IMG/VR virus record: IMGVR_UViG_3300032334_001259
Location: 62,001 to 126,000 of that record
Reading direction: 5' to 3' (one strand)
Length of the DNA: 64,000 nt
The notes below the pieces were generated by a model that saw nothing but the letters and a program-made list of their open reading frames with translations, was not told the origin of the DNA and ran no database searches. Position 1 is the stretch's first letter. Each line of letters opens with the position of its first letter. Of the stretch, positions 9,737 through 18,448 are shown piece after piece. The position numbers and the translations under genes are program-made.

Positions 9737-10489
9737 TTATCCGATAACAAACCACATTGGTGTTTCACCAGTCATACTATTGGTGATTTCAAGTTCAAGT
9801 GCATCTAATTTGGTTTGACCACGTGTGAGAAGGTCGGTTCCATTTAAACTACTGCCACCCTGTGGACCAGGCAGTGTGCTAAACTTACTACGTGCTTCAC
9901 CCAAAATCATCATACATTTTGCTAAAGTATATTCACGAAGCCATGGTTTGCTATAGATATCAGTTAATAATGTAATATCTGGTTTATAATTTTCTGTCCA
10001 AAGCAAAATGGTTTCTTTGTCACTACGTGGACGGCGCATGATTGTAAGTTCTTTTGTAACCGTATTAAACTTATAATTTAAAAAACCACCAAACATCTTT
10101 GCTGCTTCTTTTAAGAAAGCACTATAAAGATAGTATGTTGCCAAACCACCAACACGACCACTTTGTATCATATAAAAGTTTACGAAACCTGCTTCAAATG
10201 GTTCATATTGGCTACTTGTGCCACTGTTTGCACCAATATTACGCTTAAAACAATTACGAACACTTATAACTTCATTTGGTAATGTATAAGTGTTTGTATC
10301 TTGTATGAGTTCTAAAAATGAATAACTTTCTTCAACACTGTTAGCACTGCGTTGGCGATAGCGAATAATAGCCTGAGTTAACGCAGTTTCATAATGAATT
10401 GGATCAAGTTCAATGTCAATGATACCATCACCAAGGGTATAACGGACATAATCAAATACTTCTGTTTTTAATTCTTGCAGTGTTGCCAT
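9737..10489 (-). CDS. gp13: Neck protein (head-tail adaptor)
   Basis: LGDGIIDIELD, WLREYTLAKC..LGEARSKF..LPGPQGG.SLNG; late promoter CTAAATA at 10495-10501. Confidence 0.85.
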   Translation of the reverse strand: MATLQELKTEVFDYVRYTLGDGIIDIELDPIHYETALTQAIIRYRQRSANSVEESYSFLELIQDTNTYTLPNEVISVRNCFKRNIGANSGTSSQYEPFEAGFVNFYMIQSGRVGGLATYYLYSAFLKEAAKMFGGFLNYKFNTVTKELTIMRRPRSDKETILLWTENYKPDITLLTDIYSKPWLREYTLAKCMMILGEARSKFSTLPGPQGGSSLNGTDLLTRGQTKLDALELEITNSMTGETPMWFVIG

Positions 10490-10497
10490 GCAAATAT

Positions 10498-10749
10498 TTA
10501 GCGTGTTTCTATTTCATCACCCCAACGCAACAAAAAATAAACCTGATCTTCTGGTTCTAAATCAGCATGAACTTCTACTGCTGTTCCCCACTGATATAAA
10601 GTGTCATAGGTAGTTCGCCATTCTGGTATTCTTATAGCATGTTCCATTACCCAACGACCACTTTCACTGCGTTGCCAATCCATAAGTGGACCAGCGGCAT
10701 ATATTTGGGCATCTTCTACATCACCCATACTAAAACGATGAACAAGCAT
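10498..10749 (-). CDS. Small protein of the C-terminal F-x-L/M-R-W/F-G family
   Basis: 83 aa ending EDQVYFLLRWGDEIETR. Confidence 0.65.
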   Translation of the reverse strand: MLVHRFSMGDVEDAQIYAAGPLMDWQRSESGRWVMEHAIRIPEWRTTYDTLYQWGTAVEVHADLEPEDQVYFLLRWGDEIETR

Positions 10750-11165
10750 CAGGTATTTAAGATTTGTTCATCCTGAAATACACGTAAACATTTTTCTAAA
10801 GTAAAACGTTTTACAAAATGATTATTTGCATCATATTCTACAAGTTGTGTAGCAATTTTATTGGCTAACCAATTAAAATGATGAACTGGACCATTATCTA
10901 AACGATAACGCCAATCTACCTCACCAAATGCTCCAAGAATATAAGCATGCCTAAATTCATTAAAAGCGGCTGTCATAGTGCTATTGTTTATGAAAGCCAG
11001 TTCTTTGTAATTGGCAATAAACATCATGGCTTGTGCTTGTGTCATACCTAAACCCATCCAAAAACAAATATGTGTCTTGCTTGGGACATGATAAAAAGGT
11101 TGTGGAACATCACTTAAAACAGAAAATGCAGCTTCATTACGCATAATCGTCCTGTCCCACTGCAC
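10749..11165 (-). CDS. Hypothetical protein
   Basis: 138-aa ORF overlapping its neighbours in an operon. Confidence 0.6.
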   Translation of the reverse strand: MQWDRTIMRNEAAFSVLSDVPQPFYHVPSKTHICFWMGLGMTQAQAMMFIANYKELAFINNSTMTAAFNEFRHAYILGAFGEVDWRYRLDNGPVHHFNWLANKIATQLVEYDANNHFVKRFTLEKCLRVFQDEQILNT

Positions 11166-11766
11166 GAACCCAACTTACATTATCTGCCGCAAACAATTGA
11201 TCATATGCCTCATCAACAGCACGGAAACCATAAGCATGATATTTTATGAACCGTCTTGCACTACTAACACCAATATTCTTGGTAAATCTAAACTGACGCC
11301 GTTCAATATCTTCTAAAGTGTGTTCACCTACCCAAATCTTGTCACCATCAGTTGCAATTTGGCAAATGCTGATATCAAAGTCCTCAATACATTCCTGTGG
11401 ATTATCATAAAAATTACGACGAATAAGTTGAAGTTTACCAAGATGATTCATGGTAATACCATCATTTATATCATAAGATATGGCATTATTTGTTTCATGT
11501 ATTGTATGTGGATAATCGTGTGGTGGTATAAGATAATCATTAATTTCACTTATTGTTTTATCTGCACCACGCAATTTTGCTTCTAATGTTTTTTTAAAAA
11601 TATTAAATCTGATTTCACTTTTGAAATAAAGGTCAATGTCACTGTTTGTTGGACGACCAAGAAACCATGACAATGCGGCACCACCAGCTACCCAATAATT
11701 AGTTTTGGATAACGTGATACCAAGTTTGTTTTGTATCCATAGGTCATCACGATGAATAATATGCAT
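11137..11766 (-). CDS. Nucleotidyltransferase, poly(A) polymerase/CCA-adding head-domain type
   Basis: VAGGA...SDIDLYF (pol-beta D-x-D) and EDFDISICQ (RDFTIN-like) motifs; start moved to ATG at 11766 behind a GGAG RBS. Confidence 0.75.
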   Translation of the reverse strand: MHIIHRDDLWIQNKLGITLSKTNYWVAGGAALSWFLGRPTNSDIDLYFKSEIRFNIFKKTLEAKLRGADKTISEINDYLIPPHDYPHTIHETNNAISYDINDGITMNHLGKLQLIRRNFYDNPQECIEDFDISICQIATDGDKIWVGEHTLEDIERRQFRFTKNIGVSSARRFIKYHAYGFRAVDEAYDQLFAADNVSWVRAVGQDDYA

Positions 11767-11767
11767 T

Positions 11768-12049
11768 CTAAACTCCAAATCTCATAAGATAGTAAGTTAA
11801 ATCTTCTGGTTCAAATTGGGCGGTTACAAGTACACGATAATCATCTGTCACAATATCGTATTGGGTATAGAAAGTTACGCTATCTTTAATAGCATTTTCC
11901 CACACCCATTGATAATTTTCACACTTACTCCAGTGCACATTTGCTTCACCTTTGGCATCATGCTCAACTACTTTTGGTGATTTACCAACGTGACCAGAAT
12001 AAACATTAGTGCGAAACACTGTAACAGGTTTAGAAGGGGATATCTTCAT
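11768..12049 (-). CDS. Small protein of the F-x-L/M-R-W/F-G family
   Basis: Likely start MKISPSKP (RBS aaggaag); ends EDLTYYLMRFGV. Confidence 0.6.
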   Translation of the reverse strand: MKISPSKPVTVFRTNVYSGHVGKSPKVVEHDAKGEANVHWSKCENYQWVWENAIKDSVTFYTQYDIVTDDYRVLVTAQFEPEDLTYYLMRFGV

Positions 12050-12446
12050 CTTCCTTACCTTCATGCCAATCTGGACCTGGATCTTTGCCATCAACAATTG
12101 CTTTTGTCATACGATCCATTTTACGCTTGGTTGTGAACTTTTCTTCACGGTCAGCAATAGTTTTGTCCTTAAAGCCAAGCATATTCAAATACTTACGACA
12201 TTCGTTCCAACCGTGCATAAAGTGAATGCAATCTTCTGCACTGCCACTAAAGATAGTAACACCACGTGTGTAAATTGGTAGAGTATCACCATCATCTTTA
12301 GGAATTATAAGTGCAAACTCTGTGCCATTATTAGTTTCATAAGCATATGAATTAAATGCACCACGACTTGGACCGATTTCAAATCCAATCTTGTTGGCAA
12401 GACCTGTCATATCGTTGATAGTGCGGTAATGATTATAATTTGTCAT
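12030..12446 (-). CDS. Hypothetical protein
   Basis: 138 aa; acidic C-terminal tail EDEDIPF resembles an SSB-type interaction tip. Confidence 0.65.
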   Translation of the reverse strand: MTNYNHYRTINDMTGLANKIGFEIGPSRGAFNSYAYETNNGTEFALIIPKDDGDTLPIYTRGVTIFSGSAEDCIHFMHGWNECRKYLNMLGFKDKTIADREEKFTTKRKMDRMTKAIVDGKDPGPDWHEGKEDEDIPF

Positions 12447-12766
12447 GTTTCAAATCCTATTACAAATTGAACTAAATCTTCTTCTTGCAAATAAACATGG
12501 TAGCGTGTGTAAGTTTCACGCATTTTATATACTTGCGGTTTAGGTCTTTCATAGTTTTCACGATAAACACTTGCATAATGTGGTGACCATAGATAAATGT
12601 CACGCAACTCGCAAATGTTTTGTTTAAACCAATTTTCAACATTAATGCAATTTTGTCTGTCACGCACAATAATACGATGGCTGTAATGTTCAACCATTTT
12701 ATTACGACCATCTAATTTTGCCCAACTGATACGTGGGTTAATATATCCGCCATCATATCTCATCAC
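12443..12766 (-). CDS. Hypothetical protein (divergent member of the small-protein family)
   Basis: 107 aa ending EEDLVQFVIGFET. Confidence 0.6.
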   Translation of the reverse strand: MMRYDGGYINPRISWAKLDGRNKMVEHYSHRIIVRDRQNCINVENWFKQNICELRDIYLWSPHYASVYRENYERPKPQVYKMRETYTRYHVYLQEEDLVQFVIGFET

Positions 12767-12773
12767 GATTTAC

Positions 12774-12995
12774 CTATGTTTCAACCGTTTTCCAACCTTT
12801 TAATTCAGGATACAGATAATTTTCCAATACTACGACAGCATCACTCATTGCAATAAGTGCTGCATTTTTATCCGCATCTGCTTCATCATCCATAAGCACA
12901 TCAATTTCTATTGCTAATAATTGGACAATGCCTTCAAGTCGCTCACGCAACTGCGGATCAAGATTTGTGATGTTGCCAGTGCTTGTCTGTTCCAC
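12774..12995 (-). CDS. Hypothetical helical protein
   Basis: 73-aa ORF with GTG start. Confidence 0.5.
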   Translation of the reverse strand: MEQTSTGNITNLDPQLRERLEGIVQLLAIEIDVLMDDEADADKNAALIAMSDAVVVLENYLYPELKGWKTVET

Positions 12996-13359
12996 CTAAA
13001 TGTCCCCAATCACTGTCAACTGTCATTTTACTTGTAATACCACCACGTGGACGGAACTCAATCTCAAGGCGAATACGTTCAGGATCATATACTACCATAA
13101 GATGCTTGAACATAACATCAATGCAACGCTCATAACTGATAATTGTATCACGATACTGATAAAAGTATTCTTTTAGGCTTTTAAGTTCAATGGTTTTATC
13201 TTTGCCATAAAACCAAATTACAATATGTCCAAAATCAGGTTGATCGTGAACACCAAGAAATGTAAACTCTGGCACAGTGATACGTTGTTCATATCCACGT
13301 GCCGCATTAGGCAGTGCTTTCAGCACTGTAAAATCAATAGTATCCCAAAGTTTTTTCAT
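12958..13359 (-). CDS. queF: QueF-like T-fold protein (7-deazaguanine pathway family) lacking the catalytic Cys
   Basis: PEFT...QPDFG, ELKSLKEY, SYE, PRGGI match unimodular QueF; EFTSLCPxTGQPDF is replaced by EFTFLGVHDQPDF. Confidence 0.75.
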   Translation of the reverse strand: MKKLWDTIDFTVLKALPNAARGYEQRITVPEFTFLGVHDQPDFGHIVIWFYGKDKTIELKSLKEYFYQYRDTIISYERCIDVMFKHLMVVYDPERIRLEIEFRPRGGITSKMTVDSDWGHLGGTDKHWQHHKS

Positions 13360-13360
13360 A

Positions 13361-14521
13361 TCACTTTACCGCTTTTAAGAGGATAGTATCACCGTTCAAG
13401 CGTCCTGTCAAGCCAATTTCGACAGCACGTATATTATCAAGGAACTTACGAAGTGCAACCTTGCCACTGTTCTGGAACTCCTTGATTTGTTCCTTTGGCT
13501 TGCGAAGTGTCTTTGCTACACTTTGCTTGGCATCATATCCAAGAATAGTGCTACCCTTGATACCCAATACACCACTACTTGCATCAGCAACATATTTGCC
13601 AATCTTACGTGTCTTGATATTGTAAACCCATAATTCAGTTGCATTCAACACATCAACAGGGCTGATGCTAACAAGGTTCAATTCATCAAACTTTTGCAAG
13701 AACTTAACGTTTTTTACAAGTTTTTCCTTGCTTACAGGACGTGGCTTACGAACCTTGCGAACAGCACTCTTAACATTGCCATAAGTTGTAAGTGCATCAA
13801 ATAGGGATTTATACCACGTATCATAACGCTTGAAATCTGTCTTTGTCATCCAAGCATAGGCTTCACGTAAATCTGCGTCACCTTTCTTGTTTTGGCTTTC
13901 AAGTAATTCACCATACTGTGCCGCATACTTTTCACGTATACGGCTACAGAAAGCCTGTGGCATATTCTTCTCACGGAAGTAAGCCATAAAATCAGGCAAT
14001 TCAATACTACCTTCAATCATTTCATCATACTTGGCTTCAAGTTCACCAATAGTATCATCTAACTTTTCTGCCATAATTTCGGCAACATTGCGTTTTGGTA
14101 CATCCTTAACTACCTTTTTAGTAGCCAGTTTTTCACGACCATATGCAAGCAATTCTTCTAATTTGTTTACAATATATTCAGCATCATGTGCCAATGGTGC
14201 GCCATTAAGAATCATCTTGCTGGCGCTACCAATTGTAATACCGACCCGATTATCATCGCATTCAGCAAAAGCACTAATTTCTGCCTTGCCCCACTTGTAA
14301 TATGTCTGCCCAAATTCTACAACATATTTCCGCATATCACCAGCGGTCATATAATAATTGTAAAAATAAAAGGCATGAGTAATTTCCTGACGCTTCTTCT
14401 CGTCAGTCCATTTACTGGCACCATCCCACTTTGGTTCTGGACCAGTAAACTTCTCGTCCATAAACTTGGGGGTTGAAACCTTACGTTGTGGTTTTTTAGC
14501 GATCATCAATCGGTTTACCAT
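13361..14521 (-). CDS. Conserved hypothetical protein of T4-like phages
   Basis: 386 aa, basic; C-terminal LWVYNIKTRK...IKGSTI...KTLRKP...GRLNGDTILLK. Confidence 0.75.
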   Translation of the reverse strand: MVNRLMIAKKPQRKVSTPKFMDEKFTGPEPKWDGASKWTDEKKRQEITHAFYFYNYYMTAGDMRKYVVEFGQTYYKWGKAEISAFAECDDNRVGITIGSASKMILNGAPLAHDAEYIVNKLEELLAYGREKLATKKVVKDVPKRNVAEIMAEKLDDTIGELEAKYDEMIEGSIELPDFMAYFREKNMPQAFCSRIREKYAAQYGELLESQNKKGDADLREAYAWMTKTDFKRYDTWYKSLFDALTTYGNVKSAVRKVRKPRPVSKEKLVKNVKFLQKFDELNLVSISPVDVLNATELWVYNIKTRKIGKYVADASSGVLGIKGSTILGYDAKQSVAKTLRKPKEQIKEFQNSGKVALRKFLDNIRAVEIGLTGRLNGDTILLKAVK

Positions 14522-15048
14522 ATATACTTCCTTTCGCTTGACCAGAAACTATTACCGTTCCAGTCTTGTTGATCCTGATAATCCCAAAATTCATTAGAGT
14601 AACCAGTCTTATCACCGATCAGTGCATTTGTCAACTGTTCTTTTGAGATACCATGTTGGGTATAACCTTCCATGCACATATTATAATAATGTGTGGATGG
14701 ATTGCTTACATAATCTTGGTCATTCATCATATAAACCCAAGCAACACCATATCCATTACCAGTTTCTACCCATGCACGTTGACGTAGGTAATAACTTGGA
14801 AAACTTTCAAGACGATCAAGTGCTTGTAGGCATTTATCGGTTATATCCCACAAAACACCTTCTACTTGACTTTCCCAATCTAATTCAACATCCGCATGAC
14901 CACGAAATACAAACTTGTAACCTGGCAAAATAGCCGCACCAATAACTTTGCTATCAGGGCAACGACTTGCCATTTGTTGTTTGTTTGTATTCATTCCGTA
15001 ACCGAAATAAAGATGTCTATTCTGCAATTCGTAATCTACCGTATTCAC
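14515..15048 (-). CDS. Gamma-glutamylcyclotransferase (GGCT/AIG2-like)
   Basis: LYFGYGMN..QM..RCP, VEGVLW, LDRLE..P..Y motifs. Confidence 0.85.
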   Translation of the reverse strand: MNTVDYELQNRHLYFGYGMNTNKQQMASRCPDSKVIGAAILPGYKFVFRGHADVELDWESQVEGVLWDITDKCLQALDRLESFPSYYLRQRAWVETGNGYGVAWVYMMNDQDYVSNPSTHYYNMCMEGYTQHGISKEQLTNALIGDKTGYSNEFWDYQDQQDWNGNSFWSSERKYIW

Positions 15049-15096
15049 TATACTAATTTACACCTCACTATGTTGGGCATAATTGCCCGTAGGTTT

Positions 15097-15161
15097 AAAT
15101 TACCATATTTTAGACCGTTGTCAAGAGAAAAATTGACTTGGCTAAAATATAGTTATATATT
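15097..15161. promoter_or_regulatory. Divergent sigma70-type promoter pair
   Basis: Minus strand CTTGACA (15125-15119) with TAATTT; plus strand TTGACT (15133) with TATATT 17 nt downstream. Confidence 0.55.
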
Positions 15162-15176
15162 AAAGAATGAAAAAGC

Positions 15177-15740
15177 ATGAAAATGGTTGAAAAATTCCAA
15201 TTATCTCTTATTTTACAAGGATTTGAGTGTAATGGTTATCCAAAATGTAGGATAACTTTCAATGATCAAATTTTGTATGATAGTCAAATTATTGACACAT
15301 GCAGTGTTAACTGCGACATTACATTAGAAAAAACAAATATAATAAAAATTGAACAATATGACAAAAAATTTGGTGAAAATGGTATTTGGGATACTAAATT
15401 AGAAAATGGAAAAATTGTTCAAGACAAGTATATTATTATAAGAAAAATTTGTATAGATAACATTAATTTACAACCATGGTGGCATTTTGGTTTGTTAGAT
15501 AATGAAATAATTTTTGAACATCAAAATGAAATTGGATTATACAAAAATTCTACTTTCAATTTAAAATTTGATAGTCCACTATATGATTGGTTAATTTGTA
15601 AAAAAAGTGAGGGATTTAAAGAAATTGGACCAGCTTGGAAAAAATCAAGTTTAAATAGTTTTGCTGATGGTTATAGTATAACCATAGAAAGATTTGAAGA
15701 ACTTATTGCAGAGGCTAAACAGTTATTAAAAAAATTATGA
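15177..15740 (+). CDS. Hypothetical beta-rich protein coupled to the radical SAM gene
   Basis: 187 aa, very AT-rich; 4-nt overlap with the next ORF. Confidence 0.7.
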   Translation: MKMVEKFQLSLILQGFECNGYPKCRITFNDQILYDSQIIDTCSVNCDITLEKTNIIKIEQYDKKFGENGIWDTKLENGKIVQDKYIIIRKICIDNINLQPWWHFGLLDNEIIFEHQNEIGLYKNSTFNLKFDSPLYDWLICKKSEGFKEIGPAWKKSSLNSFADGYSITIERFEELIAEAKQLLKKL

Positions 15741-17173
15741 TAAAAACACTTGTTATAACAGTTCCTTTTTTAGAATCATTCAGACCTCCAATAAGTGGTG
15801 CCACTATATGTTCAATTGCAGAAAGTTGTGGTCATAAAGTAAAAGCATGGGATGCAAATATTAAACTTTATAATTCTATTGGTAATACAAAATTTTATGA
15901 TTTACAAAACCAATTTACTAACTTGAAAGTATTAGAACAAAATAGTATTTCTTTAGTAGAAAATTTTGTAGCAAGTTATGATTTTTCAAATTTTGATTAT
16001 ATTTTAATAAGTTTATTTTCTTCTTGGTCACATAATTTTAATACTATTTTATTAAAACATTTAAAAAAGGTTAATAATAAAGCAATTATTGTTATTGGTG
16101 GACCTGGTGTCAGCAACACATTTGAAAATAATAGTTCATATGGCATGACAATGTTACAAAATAATTTATGTGATTATTATGTTGATGGTGAAGGTGAAAA
16201 GACTTTATTAGAAATATTTAAAAATAACAAAAATTATCCTGGTATAAACGGAATACCTCCACAACAAATTATGGATTTAGATTCTTTACCTATACCAAAC
16301 TACGATTATTATAATTTAGAAGATTATGATTATTTGTTAGAAAATGAAAAGGATTTATTTGTTTATGGTAGTAGAGGTTGTGTAAGAAATTGTAGTTTTT
16401 GTGATGTTCCCACTTATTGGCCAACATTTCGTTGGAGAAGTGGTGACAATATTGCAGAAGAATTAATTAAAAATTGGGAAAAATATGGTATCAGGCATTT
16501 CTTTTTTACAGATAGTTTATTAAATGGAAACTTGAAAGCATTTCGTTTACTTCATGAAACACTGGCTAAAAATAATTTGCCAAAATTTCATATTGCAGGT
16601 TATGCAATTATTCGTCCTAAAAACCAACATCCTAAAGAGTTGTTTGACATGCTACAAAATACAGGCACACATTTTTGGAGTGTAGGAGTTGAACATGGAA
16701 GTGATTCTGTGAGAAACAACATGAGAAAAAAATTTTCTAATGAAGATATTGATTGGCATTTAGAACAATCTTATAGAATTGGTTTACAAAATAATTTTTT
16801 AATGATGCCTACATGGGTAACAGAAACGTTGGATGATCACAAAGAATACCTACAAATATTTCCACGTTGGCAAAAATATGTTGCAACAGGGACTATTTCA
16901 TCTATGGTTCTTTCTCCACTTCTTTATGCTTATAGAAATACTCCATTAACAAGCCATGAATACAACATTGATTTTATTCCAAATGAACTTGAGGCATTAA
17001 GAGAAATTTTATGGATTAACCGTGATAATCCTGAATTAAATTTAGTAGAAAGATTTCGTAGAACATTAGCAATTTGGGAACAAGCTGTAGTTTACAAGTA
17101 TCCTTTGTTAATGGCTGAAAATAAAATTATGCGGTTAAATGCAACTATTAAAAAAGTCTTAGAAATATTATAA
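15737..17173 (+). CDS. Cobalamin(B12)-binding-domain radical SAM protein
   Basis: N-terminal B12-binding-like domain (RPP, IVIGGPG, GEGE), SRGC-x3-C-x2-C (GCVRNCSFC), FFFTDSL, GVEHGS. Confidence 0.88.
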   Translation: MIKTLVITVPFLESFRPPISGATICSIAESCGHKVKAWDANIKLYNSIGNTKFYDLQNQFTNLKVLEQNSISLVENFVASYDFSNFDYILISLFSSWSHNFNTILLKHLKKVNNKAIIVIGGPGVSNTFENNSSYGMTMLQNNLCDYYVDGEGEKTLLEIFKNNKNYPGINGIPPQQIMDLDSLPIPNYDYYNLEDYDYLLENEKDLFVYGSRGCVRNCSFCDVPTYWPTFRWRSGDNIAEELIKNWEKYGIRHFFFTDSLLNGNLKAFRLLHETLAKNNLPKFHIAGYAIIRPKNQHPKELFDMLQNTGTHFWSVGVEHGSDSVRNNMRKKFSNEDIDWHLEQSYRIGLQNNFLMMPTWVTETLDDHKEYLQIFPRWQKYVATGTISSMVLSPLLYAYRNTPLTSHEYNIDFIPNELEALREILWINRDNPELNLVERFRRTLAIWEQAVVYKYPLLMAENKIMRLNATIKKVLEIL

Positions 17174-17180
17174 ATTTTTT

Positions 17181-17447
17181 ATGTGGTTTTTGATTATATT
17201 TTTACTGATTGTTGGCGGTCTTATAGTCCTTTATGTGGTAGAGGCTTGGCTTGACCTTGACCGTTGGATTGCGGATGCCCCAAAACGTGAGGCAGAAGGG
17301 TATCGTGAACCTGTCAATATTATGACACCACCGCCCCAACCCAAGCCAGAACCTGTCAAAATACTGACACCAAGCCTTGAAAATTTCCCTAAAAGTAGTG
17401 AAGATGCAAAGGCAAAAATAGATAGATTGTTGAAAAAAAGTGCTTGA
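17181..17447 (+). CDS. Small membrane-anchored protein
   Basis: N-terminal hydrophobic helix and Pro-rich linker. Confidence 0.6.
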   Translation: MWFLIIFLLIVGGLIVLYVVEAWLDLDRWIADAPKREAEGYREPVNIMTPPPQPKPEPVKILTPSLENFPKSSEDAKAKIDRLLKKSA

Positions 17448-17471
17448 CAGTCCTGAAATATATGGTATTGT
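17443..17471 (+). promoter_or_regulatory. Early sigma70-type promoter
   Basis: CTTGACA...TGG-TATTGT followed by tgatggagaa RBS. Confidence 0.6.
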
Positions 17472-17502
17472 AAGAATATAAGGTGAATTGATGGAGAAAA
17501 CA

Positions 17503-17640
17503 ATGGTTTTTACAGGAAAACCCGCATACACCACCAAGAAATTGCGTGATTTGCATGGTCGTGGTTGGGCTATTGTTCGTAGCCACAAGCATCCTGATGG
17601 CACGACCACCTACGTTATGACTTATGTAGGTAAAAAATAA
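17503..17640 (+). CDS. Small basic protein (not in ORF track)
   Basis: ATG 17503 with GGAG RBS; MVFTGKPAYTTKKLRDLHGRGWAIVRSHKHPDGTTTYVMTYVGKK, 45 aa. Confidence 0.6.
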   Translation: MVFTGKPAYTTKKLRDLHGRGWAIVRSHKHPDGTTTYVMTYVGKK

Positions 17641-17642
17641 CC

Positions 17643-17671
17643 CTTGACAGCCCCAAAATCTGTGTTATATT
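17643..17671 (+). promoter_or_regulatory. Early sigma70-type promoter
   Basis: CTTGACA...TGT-TATATT; same geometry and same tgatggagaa RBS as 17443, exactly 200 bp downstream. Confidence 0.65.
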
Positions 17672-17700
17672 ACATTATAGTCAACTGATGGAGAACGGTA

Positions 17701-18120
17701 ATGGCTTACATGTCACAGGAAAAGAAGTCCAAGATTGCCCCTACGGTCAAGAAAATCCTTGCCAAGTATGGTGTTAAGGGTTCACTTTCGGTTTCCAATC
17801 ATATGACCCTTGTGCTGAATATCAAGAGCGGTGGCATTGATTTTATCCAGAATTATAAAGATACTGTTGATGAACGCACTTACCATCACAGCAAGCAATA
17901 TTGGCACGATGGTCGTGTAGTAGACAGTTTGAATGTTAATCCTTATTGGTATCACGAACATTTTACAGGTAATGCCAAGGATTTCTTGACAGAAATCTTT
18001 ACCGCCATGAACGATGGCAATCACGATAACAGCGATATCCAGACTGACTACTTTGATTTTGGTTGGTATGTAGACGTAAATATCGGTAAGTGGAACAAGC
18101 CTTATATTCTCTCCAAGTGA
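17701..18120 (+). CDS. Conserved phage hypothetical protein
   Basis: 139 aa, strong RBS; C-terminal DNSDIQTDYFDFGWYVDVNIGKWNKPY. Confidence 0.75.
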   Translation: MAYMSQEKKSKIAPTVKKILAKYGVKGSLSVSNHMTLVLNIKSGGIDFIQNYKDTVDERTYHHSKQYWHDGRVVDSLNVNPYWYHEHFTGNAKDFLTEIFTAMNDGNHDNSDIQTDYFDFGWYVDVNIGKWNKPYILSK

Positions 18121-18130
18121 GGAGTTTATT

Positions 18131-18397
18131 ATGTCACAGGTTAAAACCAGAGGCGTGAAACTTAAAACAATAATGTATTCACGTGCATTTATGCTTGGTT
18201 ACAAAGAAGTGGTAAATGGTTTGCCTTTCAATCCTGATTATGATAAGTGGAAAAGTGCTGACCAATGGAGTTATGAACGTGGTCGCCATTTTGCTATTTT
18301 AAGTGGCGGCAAACAACCACCAAAAATCGGCAAACAAGTAAACTATCAAGCATTGTTAAACTATGCTGAATTAAATTATAGCGGTGAAATTATATAA
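18131..18397 (+). CDS. Hypothetical protein
   Basis: 88 aa with GGAG RBS. Confidence 0.65.
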   Translation: MSQVKTRGVKLKTIMYSRAFMLGYKEVVNGLPFNPDYDKWKSADQWSYERGRHFAILSGGKQPPKIGKQVNYQALLNYAELNYSGEII

Positions 18398-18401
18398 TAA
18401 A

Positions 18402-18425
18402 AAAGGCGGGAAAAATCCCGCCTTT
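18402..18425. terminator. Bidirectional intrinsic terminator
   Basis: aaaggcggga/tcccgccttt stem between convergent genes, A/T tracts on both sides. Confidence 0.75.
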
Positions 18426-18448
18426 AATTTTTTTTGATGTTCTAACTA

